Shown here: positions 12,554 to 21,768 of the stretch, piece by piece | How positions within the stretch are numbered: the stretch's first letter is position 1 | How the letters are laid out: each line of letters starts with the position of its first letter | Assembly (NCBI GenBank): GCA_963829055.1 | Contig: CAWHHI010000016.1 | Coordinates: 1,152,001-1,216,000 of the forward strand | Direction of reading: 5' to 3' | Length of the DNA stretch: 64,000 bases | DNA from: an uncultured Gemmatimonadaceae bacterium | Lineage (GTDB): Bacteria; Gemmatimonadota; Gemmatimonadetes; Gemmatimonadales; Gemmatimonadaceae | Program-made: the position numbers and the translations under genes | The notes under the pieces: model-generated | Seen by the model: the letters and a program-made list of their open reading frames with translations, nothing else | The model's database searches: none | What the model was told of the DNA's origin: nothing

Positions 12554-13702
12554 TCAGGCTGGCGTGCGCTGGCCCAGGATGCGCGGCCCACGCGCGCCGG
12601 TGACGCTAGGCAAGTTGCCGGGCTCGCCCACGAGGTGCAGGTAACCGAGCAGGGCGAACGCCACCGCCTCCTTGGCCTCACCGTCAAAGAAGACGTCGCT
12701 GAAGCGCCGAACGACGACCGACGGAAGCGCGCTCGTGATCGCGTCGACGAGCGCCGGATTCTCGGCACCGCCGCCAGAGACGACGAGCTCGCGCACTGGC
12801 TCGGGCACGAACCGGCTGAACGCATCCGCAATGCTGGCCGCCGTTAGGCTGACGGCCGTCGCGACAATGTCGCCGGGAGATGCGGCCGGCTTCTCGGTGC
12901 GGCACCGCTCGATGAACGCGGAGATGAACGCCGGATCGAACAGCTCACGACCGGTCGACTTGGGCGGCGCACTCGCGAAGTACGGATCCGCGAGCACGTG
13001 CCGCACGACCGCGTCGATCGGCGTGCCGCTCCGCGCCAGCTTGCCATCGACATCGTACTCGAGGCCGGGAGCGACGACACGCGTGACGCCATCGATGACG
13101 ACGACGCCCGGCCCGGTGTCGAACGCGCGAGTGGAGATCGTGACGCCGCCCGGCGGAACGATGGTCACGTTGCCAATGCCGCCGAGGTTCTGGAGGGCAC
13201 GCCAATCGGTCGGGTGCGCGAACAAGAGTGCGTCGGCGGCCGGGACGAGCGGAGCGCCCTGCCCCGCGGCGGCGACGTCGCGGACACGAAAGTCGCTGAC
13301 CACGTCGATCCCGGTGCGCTCGGCGATCACGGCCGGTTGGCCGAACTGCCACGTCGAGTGACCGGGCTCGTGCCACACGGTCTGGCCGTGGCTTGCGATC
13401 GCGGCAACGTCGGCGCGTCCGACGCCTGCGTCGGCGATGGCGGCGATCGCGGCGTCGGCCAGCCAGTCGCCGAGGTCGAACGCGAGGCGGCAGTACTCGC
13501 GCGGCGTCGTTCCGATGAGTGCCGTCGCGAGTCGCTGGCGCTGGGCGGCGTCGTACGACCTGACGCTCATGCCTAACAACTCGTAGGTGAATCGTCCGTC
13601 ATCGCCGCGATCGAAGCGGACGACGGCGGCGGAGATGCCGTCGAGCGACGTGCCGGACATGAGTCCGACGAGGACGCGCGATGTTGAAGCCGGCTGCGTC
13701 AC
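12554..13702 (-). CDS. anmK: Anhydro-N-acetylmuramic acid kinase
   Basis: GLMSGTSLDG, SHGQTVWH, DFRVRDVAAAGQGAPLVP, NLGGIGN, PKSTGRE, KEAVAFA; GTG start overlaps the murQ stop. Confidence 0.95.
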   Translation of the reverse strand: MTQPASTSRVLVGLMSGTSLDGISAAVVRFDRGDDGRFTYELLGMSVRSYDAAQRQRLATALIGTTPREYCRLAFDLGDWLADAAIAAIADAGVGRADVAAIASHGQTVWHEPGHSTWQFGQPAVIAERTGIDVVSDFRVRDVAAAGQGAPLVPAADALLFAHPTDWRALQNLGGIGNVTIVPPGGVTISTRAFDTGPGVVVIDGVTRVVAPGLEYDVDGKLARSGTPIDAVVRHVLADPYFASAPPKSTGRELFDPAFISAFIERCRTEKPAASPGDIVATAVSLTAASIADAFSRFVPEPVRELVVSGGGAENPALVDAITSALPSVVVRRFSDVFFDGEAKEAVAFALLGYLHLVGEPGNLPSVTGARGPRILGQRTPA

Positions 13703-14631
13703 GTCGGTACCGGTGGGGGTGCGTCGGCGACCACGCGGCGAATGACGCCACCGGCGGCTTCGAGCGCTTTCAAGGCGCCGTCGCGATCGACGCCGAGCTT
13801 CTGCATCACGATCGCGGTCTTCACGCTGCGGTCGGCCGCGGCGATGAACACACGCGCTTCGTCGCGCGAGATGCCGCACACTTCGGCGACGATGCGCTCG
13901 CTGCGGTCGACGAGCTTCGCGTTCGTGGCGCGCAGGTCGACCATCAGGTTGCCGTACGTCTTGCCGATGCGGATCATCGCGCCGGTGGTGATCATGTTGA
14001 GCACCATCTTCGTCGCGGTCCCGGCCTTGAGCCGCGTGGAGCCAGTGACGACTTCGGGTCCGACGATCGCGATGATGGCGACGTCGAGTTGCGCGGTGAG
14101 CTCGGCGGAGATCGGCGTGCAGGCGACGAATGCGGTGCGCGCGTGCCTCGCGCGCGCGCGCGCAATCGCGCCGTGCACGAAGGGTGTGGTGCCTGACGCG
14201 GCCACACCGACGACGATGTCACGGTCGCCGACTGCATGCTCGTCCATCACCGCTGCGCCACCGGCGGGCGAGTCCTCAGCGCCTTCCTGCGCACGGAGGA
14301 TGGCCGGGAATCCGCCGGCGATTATCCCCTGCACCATCTCGGGGTCGCTGCCGAACGTCGGCGGGCACTCGCTCGCATCGAGCACACCGAGCCGTCCCGA
14401 GGTGCCAGCACCGACGTAGAACAGCCGACCGCCGCGGCGGAACGCGTCTTCGGTGATCGCGATGACACGCGCGATCTGCTCGCGCTGGCTGGCGACCGCG
14501 TCAGCGACCGAGCGGTCTTCGGCGTTCATGAGATCGACGATCTCGAGTGGCGTGGCGAGATCGATGTTCGCCGTTCGCGGATTGCGCCGTTCGGTGACGC
14601 GCGGATCGAGTGGTGGCGCCTGACGAGTCAC
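13699..14631 (-). CDS. murQ: N-acetylmuramic acid 6-phosphate etherase
   Basis: TERRNP, GAGTSGRLGVLDASECPPTF, GPEVVTGSTRLKAGTATK. Confidence 0.97.
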   Translation of the reverse strand: MTRQAPPLDPRVTERRNPRTANIDLATPLEIVDLMNAEDRSVADAVASQREQIARVIAITEDAFRRGGRLFYVGAGTSGRLGVLDASECPPTFGSDPEMVQGIIAGGFPAILRAQEGAEDSPAGGAAVMDEHAVGDRDIVVGVAASGTTPFVHGAIARARARHARTAFVACTPISAELTAQLDVAIIAIVGPEVVTGSTRLKAGTATKMVLNMITTGAMIRIGKTYGNLMVDLRATNAKLVDRSERIVAEVCGISRDEARVFIAAADRSVKTAIVMQKLGVDRDGALKALEAAGGVIRRVVADAPPPVPT

Positions 14632-14794
14632 GACGAAGTCACGACGAGATGATGGGAGTGACAGGCAGTGCCGCTCGTTGACGGCGGCGCGCGTTCACTG
14701 TCGGGGGCGGGGATCGCGCGGCTAAGTTATCCAACACGCGCGAACGAAGGCAAGCGTTCGGCGTCCGTCCTCTCGTCGCGACCGGAGTCGTCCG

Positions 14795-16630
14795 ATGCCG
14801 ACCACGCTTCTCAGCAAATTCACCGCAGGCGCCACGGTGCTCGCCGCGTGCGCCGCAGTCGCCGCGTGTCGCACCGCGCGCACGTCGGATCCCATCGCCG
14901 ACAAGTGTGTGACATCAGTCGGCCTCGTAGAGGGCGCGCCGGCGAGCGTCGTCACGCAGGCGGCGGGTGTAAGTCGCACGCGAGCAGCCGCGTTTCCCGC
15001 CGAGTGGCGCTTCAAGGCCGGCGAGCAGGGCACGGTGGCGCCGACCGCCATGGTCGCGAGCAACAACGCGCTCGCGAGCGCCGCCGGCGATGAGATCATG
15101 AAGGCTGGCGGCAACGCCGTCGATGCCGCGGTCGCGACAGGCTTCGCGCTCGCCGTCACGTTCCCGTTCGCCGGCAACCTCGGCGGCGGTGGGTACATGG
15201 TGATCCGCATGGCCGACGGACGCACCGCTGCCGTGGACTATCGCGAGATCGCGCCGCTCGCGGCGATCCGCGACATGTACATCGGCCCCGACGGCAAGCT
15301 CACGAACGAGAGCGTGGTCGGATATCGCGCGTCGGGCGTGCCGGGCGCGGTGGCTGGAATGACCGCGGCGCTCGCGAAGTTCGGCAGCAAGCCGCTCCGC
15401 GAGGTGCTGCAACCCGCGATCAGGCTCGCCGAAGAGGGCTTCATCGTCGACAGCGTGTTGTTCGCGTCGCTGCGCGGCAGTCGCGCGTACCTCGAGCGCT
15501 TTGACGGGAAGACCGTCTTCTACCCGAATGGAGAACCGCTCCAACCGGGCACACGGTTCCGTCAGCCGGCGCTCGCGCGCACGCTCAAGCTGATCGCCGA
15601 GCAGGGTGCGGACGCCTTCTATCGAGGTGAAGTCGGTGATTCGCTCGTCGCGGGCATGAAGCGCGGCGGCGGGATCATCACGAAGGAGGATCTCGCGCGC
15701 TACAAGCCCGAGATGCGCCAGCCCATCGCGTCCACGTATCGCGGCTATCACCTGCTCACGATGCCGCCGTCGTCGTCAGGCGGCGTGACGATCACCGAGA
15801 CGCTCAACATTCTCGAGACGTACGACAACCTGCCGCCATTCGGCAGCGTGGGGTACGCGCATGCGCTGGCGTCGGCGTATCAACGCGCGTTCATCGATCG
15901 CAACTCGAAGCTCGCCGATCCGGCGTTCGCGCAGGTGCCGCTCGACAAGCTCACGAGCAAGTCGTACGCGCGCGAGCTTCGCAAGACGATCGCGAACGAC
16001 AAGGCGACGCCGACGCCAACGCTCGAGCGTACGATCGCCGACGGCATGCACACCACGCACTACTCGGTGGTGGACGGTTCGGGCAACGCCGTCGCGACGA
16101 CGACGACGATCAACAACGGCTACGGCTCGGGCGTGTACCTAACGGGACCGGGCTTCTTCATGAACGACGAGATGGACGACTTCGCCGCGCAGCCGGGCAA
16201 GCCGAACATGTTCGGCCTCGTGCAGGGCGAGGCGAACGCGATCGCGCCGGGCAAGCGGATGCTGAGCGCGATGTCGCCGACGATCGTGCTCGACCCGCAG
16301 GGCAAGCTGTTGCTGGTGGTCGGCGCGGCGGGCGGCCCACGCATCATCACGGCGACGTCGCAGGTGATTCTGAACGTGATTCAGAATCACATGACGCTCG
16401 CGGACGCGATGCGCGCGCCGCGGCTGCATCACCAGGCGCTGCCGGATACGCTGCGGTTCGAGAGTGCGGGCCTAACGCCGGCGGTCGTGGATTCGCTGCG
16501 CGCGATGGGATGGGGCATCGTGTCGACGGGCTCGGTGGCGAACGTCAACGCCATCATGCGCATCCCGGGCGGCCTGGTTGGAGTCACAGAACCGCGGGAT
16601 CGTGGGCCGAGTCGGGCGGTAGGACACTGA
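14795..16630 (+). CDS. ggt: Gamma-glutamyltranspeptidase (lipoprotein)
   Basis: GGNAVDAAVA, DYREIAP, autoprocessing HTTHYSVVD, NDEMDDF, PGKRMLSAMSP, GAAGGPRI. Confidence 0.95.
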   Translation: MPTTLLSKFTAGATVLAACAAVAACRTARTSDPIADKCVTSVGLVEGAPASVVTQAAGVSRTRAAAFPAEWRFKAGEQGTVAPTAMVASNNALASAAGDEIMKAGGNAVDAAVATGFALAVTFPFAGNLGGGGYMVIRMADGRTAAVDYREIAPLAAIRDMYIGPDGKLTNESVVGYRASGVPGAVAGMTAALAKFGSKPLREVLQPAIRLAEEGFIVDSVLFASLRGSRAYLERFDGKTVFYPNGEPLQPGTRFRQPALARTLKLIAEQGADAFYRGEVGDSLVAGMKRGGGIITKEDLARYKPEMRQPIASTYRGYHLLTMPPSSSGGVTITETLNILETYDNLPPFGSVGYAHALASAYQRAFIDRNSKLADPAFAQVPLDKLTSKSYARELRKTIANDKATPTPTLERTIADGMHTTHYSVVDGSGNAVATTTTINNGYGSGVYLTGPGFFMNDEMDDFAAQPGKPNMFGLVQGEANAIAPGKRMLSAMSPTIVLDPQGKLLLVVGAAGGPRIITATSQVILNVIQNHMTLADAMRAPRLHHQALPDTLRFESAGLTPAVVDSLRAMGWGIVSTGSVANVNAIMRIPGGLVGVTEPRDRGPSRAVGH

Positions 16631-16635
16631 ACCGT

Positions 16636-16790
16636 CGGGAATCGGGAATCGGGAATCGGGAATCGGGAATCGGGAATGAAACCCCGGGATGCTCACTCGA
16701 GCGTCCCGGGGTTTTTGCTTGTCGACCAGCGACCAGCACGAGCGACCAGCTACCAGCCTGCAGTTCCCTATTCCCGATTCCCGATTCCCG
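16636..16790. repeat. Heptamer tandem arrays: (CGGGAAT)6 and inverted (ATTCCCG)3, plus a CGACCAG-like array
   Basis: Read directly at 16636-16677, 16723-16757 and 16770-16790. Confidence 0.9.
16679..16716 (+). terminator. Intrinsic terminator after ggt (possibly bidirectional)
   Basis: AAACCCCGGGATGCTC-loop-GAGCGTCCCGGGGTTTTT. Confidence 0.8.
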
Positions 16791-16795
16791 AACCG

Positions 16796-17671
16796 TTAGG
16801 CTTTAATGGTCAGCGGCGACGTCAGCTTGACGACGATGCGTCCGCCATCGTTCACGCAGCCATCGTAGTTCGCCGTCGCGGCAGCGGCGGCCGTGCCAGC
16901 GGCGGCGCCACCGGCCGCACCGATGACCGTGCCCTTCGCGTCCTTGCCGATCACCTGGCCGATCACCGCACCGAGCACCGCGCCACCGAGCACCTTCTTC
17001 GCGTCGTTGCCCTTCGTCGACGCGCGCACGCGGTCGACCGCGGCGGACGAGACGTCGGCATCGACGTTGTACGTGTTCCCGCCGAACGAGATCGTGCGGA
17101 CGGCGAAGCCCATCTCGATGTTGTCGTTCGCGTTCTCGCTCTTCTTGAGCTTCGTCACTTCGATCTCGGCGGTCGCGCCGGCCGGAATCACCGCGCCGTT
17201 GCTGCCCGTGACGGCCTCGCTCAGCGTCGCGGTGAAGCGATCGCCGACCTTGTTCGTGTTCGTGCAGACCTTGGACGTCGACGCCATCGTCAGCGTCGTG
17301 CCCGACGCGATCGCGCCAACACCGCCAGCCGAGCTCTTCTCGCCCGGCGTTACCGTGTTGCCGGACGCCGTGCGCGGCGGTGCAGCCGGCTCCGGCGTCG
17401 GGGCAGGCGTGGTCGGCCGTGTCGTCGGCCGCGTGGTCGGACGTGTCGCAGGCGCCTTTGGCGCCGGCTCCGGCGTGGCGGTCGCGGGCGGTACGTCCTT
17501 GAGCTGCGGCTGCGCGGCACTGTCGCCGGTCGCCAGCTGCAGATCGCGATTGAGCGCCGAATCCTGCGCCAGCGTCGTATCAGTCTTCTCGCCGCCGTTG
17601 CTGCAAGCGGCAATAGCGAACGTGATCGTCAACGCCAATGGCGCGCCAGCTCGCCGAATATATTTGGACAT
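16796..17671 (-). CDS. Hypothetical lipoprotein with Pro/Thr linker and glycine-zipper C-terminus
   Basis: Lipobox AIAAC; GGAVLGAVIGQVIG...GAAGGAAAGTA; strong high-GC codon pattern. Confidence 0.75.
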   Translation of the reverse strand: MSKYIRRAGAPLALTITFAIAACSNGGEKTDTTLAQDSALNRDLQLATGDSAAQPQLKDVPPATATPEPAPKAPATRPTTRPTTRPTTPAPTPEPAAPPRTASGNTVTPGEKSSAGGVGAIASGTTLTMASTSKVCTNTNKVGDRFTATLSEAVTGSNGAVIPAGATAEIEVTKLKKSENANDNIEMGFAVRTISFGGNTYNVDADVSSAAVDRVRASTKGNDAKKVLGGAVLGAVIGQVIGKDAKGTVIGAAGGAAAGTAAAAATANYDGCVNDGGRIVVKLTSPLTIKA

Positions 17672-17756
17672 TCATAGCCTCCGAATTGTGGTGCTGTAGT
17701 TCGTACCAACAGCGCTGAAAAATGTGCCTTCAGCAGGGATACAGGGGGCAATCCAT

Positions 17757-19553
17757 ATGCCAACCATGAGGGCGCTTCGACGGCTCCTGCCGTACTTTCG
17801 CCCATATCGCTGGCAAGTCTTTCTCGGGCTTGCCTGTGTGATCGTATCGGCAGCGTTCGCGAGCGTGACCCCATGGCTCCTTCGCTCGGCGCTGGACGGC
17901 ATTGGATCTGGCGCGCCCGCGCGCCGCATCTGGACGCTCGCCGCTTCCATGGTCGCCCTCGCTCTCGTTGCCGGCGTCCTCCGCTATGGCATGCGCGATC
18001 TGATCAACGGCCTCAGTCGACGCATTGAGTACGACCTACGCAACGACCTATTCGTACACCTCCTGAAACTCGACGCCGCTTACTTCGGGCGCACCCGAAC
18101 GGGTGACATCATGGCCCGGCTGACGAACGACCTGAGCGCTGTGCGTCAGGCAGCCGGGCCCGCCATAATGTACCTCACCAATACCGTGGCCGGCGCCGCC
18201 TTCGCGCTGTACTTCATGTTACGAATCGACGTCCGGCTGACGCTTCTGGCGCTCACGCCAATGGTCGTGCTGCCGGTGATGACCATGTGGCTCGGACGCG
18301 CGATTCACGAGCGTTTCGAGGCCGTCCAGGAGCACTTCAGTACCATGACCACGCGTGCCCAGGAGAACCTCGCCGGCGCGCGTATCGTCCGGGCCTACCG
18401 CCAGGAGCAGGCGGAGCTCGACCGGTTCGCCGCGCTGAACGAGCAGTACCTCGACGAAGAACATGGGGCTCGTTCGTCTGTACGGGATCATGAACCCCGC
18501 GTTTGGCCTGCTCGCCGGACTGGGCGCCGTGACGGTGCTTGGCGTCGGCGGGGCGCTCGCCGTCAGCGGTACGATCTCCGTCGGGGCCTTCGTCGCGTTC
18601 GGGCTCTACCTCGGCATGCTGACCTGGCCGCTCATCGCGTTAGGCTGGGTAGTGAACCTGTTTCAGCGCGGCGCGGCGTCCATGGCTCGGCTGGCTCGAG
18701 ATCCTCGACCAGGCACCCACCGTGGCGAATCCGCCGGCTCCGGCTTCCCTGCCCGCGGCGGCCGCTGGACGATCTGTCGAGTTCCGAGGCGTCGGGTTCC
18801 ATTATCCGTCTCCGGGCGACGCGCGCGACGCGCTGGGTGCTCCGCGACATCTCCTTCCGCGTAGAGGCGGGGTCGACGCTCGCCGTGGTCGGTGCCACGG
18901 GCAGCGGCAAGAGCGCGCTGCTCGAGCTGCTCGCGCGCGTCTACGATCCGCAGGAAGGACAGGTCCTGGTCGACGGCGTCCCGGTGCAATCGCTGACGCT
19001 CGACCAGCTCAGACGCGAGATCGGATTCGTGCCGCAGGAGAGCCTCCTGTTCAGCGAGACGATCCGCGAGAACCTGACGTACGGAACGGACGACACGGCG
19101 GCGGCGGAGTGGGCCGCGGGCGTCGCCCAGCTGGACACCACGATCGAAAATTTTCCCGGCGGCTACGACACCCTGCTCGGCGAGCGCGGGATCAACCTGT
19201 CGGGCGGGCAGAAACAGCGTGCGGCCCTTGCCCGCGCGCTCGCGAGACGTCCATCGATCGTCGTGCTCGACGACGCCCTGTCGGCAGTCGACACGCACAC
19301 GGAGGCGGACATCCTTCGAGGGCTGCGCGAGGCGCTCCGTGGACGGACGGCGATCATCGCATCGCACCGCATCAGCGCCGTGCGCGACGCGAGCTGGATC
19401 ATCGTGCTCGATGAAGGACGCATCGTCGAACAGGGACGCCACACGGACCTGATCGTGGCCGGCGGGCGCTACTGGACGCTGCTCCGGCGCCAGCAGCTCG
19501 AGGACGCGATCGAGGACGAATCTGTCACCCCGCAAGGGGTGGCAGCCGGCTGA
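17757..19553 (+). CDS. ABC exporter ATP-binding/permease (MdlA/YheI-like), frameshifted
   Basis: TM domain with RTGDIMARLTND, Walker A GATGSGKS, LSGGQKQR, LDDALSAVD; frame slips at about 18455, 18700 and 18830. Confidence 0.9.
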   Translation: MPTMRALRRLLPYFRPYRWQVFLGLACVIVSAAFASVTPWLLRSALDGIGSGAPARRIWTLAASMVALALVAGVLRYGMRDLINGLSRRIEYDLRNDLFVHLLKLDAAYFGRTRTGDIMARLTNDLSAVRQAAGPAIMYLTNTVAGAAFALYFMLRIDVRLTLLALTPMVVLPVMTMWLGRAIHERFEAVQEHFSTMTTRAQENLAGARIVRAYRQEQAELDRFAALNEQYLDEEHGARSSVRDHEPRVWPARRTGRRDGAWRRRGARRQRYDLRRGLRRVRALPRHADLAAHRVRLGSEPVSARRGVHGSAGSRSSTRHPPWRIRRLRLPCPRRPLDDLSSSEASGSIIRLRATRATRWVLRDISFRVEAGSTLAVVGATGSGKSALLELLARVYDPQEGQVLVDGVPVQSLTLDQLRREIGFVPQESLLFSETIRENLTYGTDDTAAAEWAAGVAQLDTTIENFPGGYDTLLGERGINLSGGQKQRAALARALARRPSIVVLDDALSAVDTHTEADILRGLREALRGRTAIIASHRISAVRDASWIIVLDEGRIVEQGRHTDLIVAGGRYWTLLRRQQLEDAIEDESVTPQGVAAG

Positions 19554-19575
19554 CGTCACGAGATACAATAGAACC

Positions 19576-20388
19576 ATGCATCCTGTGGATTCATCGACCA
19601 CGGCCGAGCACCGTGTCACGCTGCTCGAAGAAGCGCTGAACGAGGCCGCACAGGTCAATGCGGAGCTGCAGTCGCGCGACGCACTGAAGACGCAATTCCT
19701 GTCGAACATCTCGCACGACCTGCGCACGCCGCTCACGGCGATCATCACGCACGCCGAGATCCTTCGTGACGGCATCCTCGGGCCGTTGTCCGAGCGGCAG
19801 CGCGATAGCGTGGCGAGCATCATCGGCGGCGGGCGACAGCTGCTCGACGCCGTCGGCGAGATTCTCACGTATGCGCGTGGCGCGGCGAATCAGCTCACGG
19901 TATCACCCAGCGAGTTTCACATCTCCGCGGTCGTGGCGCAGGTGTCCGCGCTCAACGAGCCGTTGATCGCGAAGAAGGGATTGTCGCTGAGCGTCGATGT
20001 GGCCGACGGCGTTCCGTCGCTCGTCGCGGACCGCGAGCAGGTCACGCACGTGGTGAGCAACCTCCTCGGCAACGCCATCGCGTTCACGCCGGCCGGCGGA
20101 CGCGTGTGGGTGAACGTGACGTGCGTGCGCGACGCCGCGACGACGAACGTGCAGGTGGAAGTGGGCGACACCGGCATCGGCATCGCGCCGGAACACCACG
20201 ACCTGGTGTTCCGCGAGTTCGCGCAGGTCGACCCCTCTCCGTCACGCCGGCATCACGGCACGGGGCTCGGCCTAACGATTGCGCGGCGGCTCGTGGAGCT
20301 GAACGGCGGACGGATCTGGCTCGAGAGCCAGCTCGGAGAAGGCAGTCGGTTCTTCTTCGCCCTGCCGGCCGGCGACGTCACGCGCTGA
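19576..20388 (+). CDS. Cytoplasmic histidine kinase (HisKA + HATPase, no obvious sensor)
   Basis: SHDLRTPL, NLLGNAIAFT, DTGIGI, GTGLGL. Confidence 0.92.
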   Translation: MHPVDSSTTAEHRVTLLEEALNEAAQVNAELQSRDALKTQFLSNISHDLRTPLTAIITHAEILRDGILGPLSERQRDSVASIIGGGRQLLDAVGEILTYARGAANQLTVSPSEFHISAVVAQVSALNEPLIAKKGLSLSVDVADGVPSLVADREQVTHVVSNLLGNAIAFTPAGGRVWVNVTCVRDAATTNVQVEVGDTGIGIAPEHHDLVFREFAQVDPSPSRRHHGTGLGLTIARRLVELNGGRIWLESQLGEGSRFFFALPAGDVTR

Positions 20389-20763
20389 GTGGTGGAGGCG
20401 CGCCCGCACATCCTGATCGTGGATGACAGCGCGCTCGTGACGGGGGCGCTCACGATTCTGTTCGAGGAGACCGGCCACGACGTGTCGGTCGCTGGAAGCA
20501 TCCGCGATGCGGTGGCAGCGGGAAGCGCACGTTCTGTCGACGTCATGCTGCTCGACCTGACGTTGCCTGATGGCGACGGTCTTGCAACGCTGCTGGAATT
20601 GCGGGCGCGAAACGCGGAGCCGCGCGTCACGGCGGCCTTGACGGGCCGCGACGCGGCGGAGGTTCAGGCGCGCTGCACGGCGGCTGGATGCCGGGCGGTG
20701 CTGGTGAAGCCGGTACCCATCGCGGAGCTGCTCGCACGAGTTCGGGAGTGGACGGCTGCTTGA
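20389..20763 (+). CDS. Single-domain response regulator
   Basis: LIVDDS, LLDLTLPDGDG, LTG, KP. Confidence 0.9.
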   Translation: MVEARPHILIVDDSALVTGALTILFEETGHDVSVAGSIRDAVAAGSARSVDVMLLDLTLPDGDGLATLLELRARNAEPRVTAALTGRDAAEVQARCTAAGCRAVLVKPVPIAELLARVREWTAA

Positions 20764-20780
20764 TCAGCAGGGCTGGGTGT

Positions 20781-20974
20781 GCGGCGGCATGGCCAGTACC
20801 AAGTGCGTCAGTCGACTCAGCAGGAGTCATCAGGCTTCAGGTCCCGTATCCGCTGGCTTGGGTCGCGCGTGGGGTCGTGCTTTGGTCGCGGCGGACTGGT
20901 GACTGGGCTCGGAGACTGATGCCTGACAACTCGTACTCGACGCTGGCGTGCTGAGTGACTGGCCGCGACGCCGC
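20781..20974. ncRNA. Candidate structured rod-like RNA or imperfect inverted-repeat element
   Basis: Nested complementary blocks: GCGGCG/CGCCGC, GGCCAGT/ACTGGCC, AGTGCGTCAG/CTGGCGTGCT (G-U pairs), GAGTCATCAGGCTTCAG/CTGATGCCTGACAACTC, TCCGCTG/CGGCGGA. Confidence 0.35.
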
Positions 20975-21042
20975 GAGATGCGGGCATCGCCAACTCCTCA
21001 GGCGACTGTATTCGGTCCGCTTCGCTCGCTCGGAATGACAGG

Positions 21043-21768
21043 CTAGAGCCGGCTGCGGAGCGATTCGGGGGTGTACTGCTGAAGAAACGCCGCCATGATC
21101 GTGAAGTAGTTCGTCACCATCAGGATGCCCACCGCGATCATGAGCACACCGGACGTGCGCGTGATCCAGTTCATCTGTCGCTTCATGCGCGAGAAGAAAT
21201 CGAGAAACCGCTCGACCGCCACGGCGGCGAGGAGAAACGGGACGGCAAGGCCGAGCGAGTAGGCGAGCAGCAGCCACAGGCCGCGAGACATGTCGGCGGA
21301 GCTCGCGGCGTACGTGAGAATCGACCCGAGAATCGGTCCGATGCACGGCGTCCAGCCAGCGCCGAACGCGATGCCGACGAGTAACGTTCCGAGGTACCCG
21401 ACGGGTTTGTCGGCAATGTGAACGCGACGTTCCCGCGAGAACAGCGCGATGTTGAAGACGCCGAGCATGTACAGGCCGAACACGATGATCAGCACACCGC
21501 CAATGCGACTGATCCACACGCGTTGGTAGTTGAGCAGCTGACCGAGCGCCGTCGCCGTCGCGCCGAGCGCGAGGAAGATCAGCGTGAAGCCGAGAACGAA
21601 CAGCAGCGAGTGGACGAGCGCCGCGCGCCGGGATTTCTGCACGTCCTCGAGGCTCAGTCCCGTGATGAACGTCACGTAGCTCGGGATGAGCGGCAGTACG
21701 CAGGGTGACAGGAAACTCAGCAACCCAGCCGTGAACGCGATCGCGATGCCCAACGACGAACCTTCCAT
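21043..21768 (-). CDS. ccdA: Cytochrome c biogenesis protein CcdA (DsbD TM domain)
   Basis: SFLSPCVLPLIP and GWTPCIGPILG; AGGAG RBS. Confidence 0.95.
   Translation of the reverse strand: MEGSSLGIAIAFTAGLLSFLSPCVLPLIPSYVTFITGLSLEDVQKSRRAALVHSLLFVLGFTLIFLALGATATALGQLLNYQRVWISRIGGVLIIVFGLYMLGVFNIALFSRERRVHIADKPVGYLGTLLVGIAFGAGWTPCIGPILGSILTYAASSADMSRGLWLLLAYSLGLAVPFLLAAVAVERFLDFFSRMKRQMNWITRTSGVLMIAVGILMVTNYFTIMAAFLQQYTPESLRSRL

Noticed and set aside
16636..16790. CRISPR array
   Set aside because: 7-bp tandem units with no unique spacers and no cas genes.
20836..20850. SRP RNA (TCAGGTCC match)
   Set aside because: Not followed by the conserved GGAAGGAAGCAGC loop.
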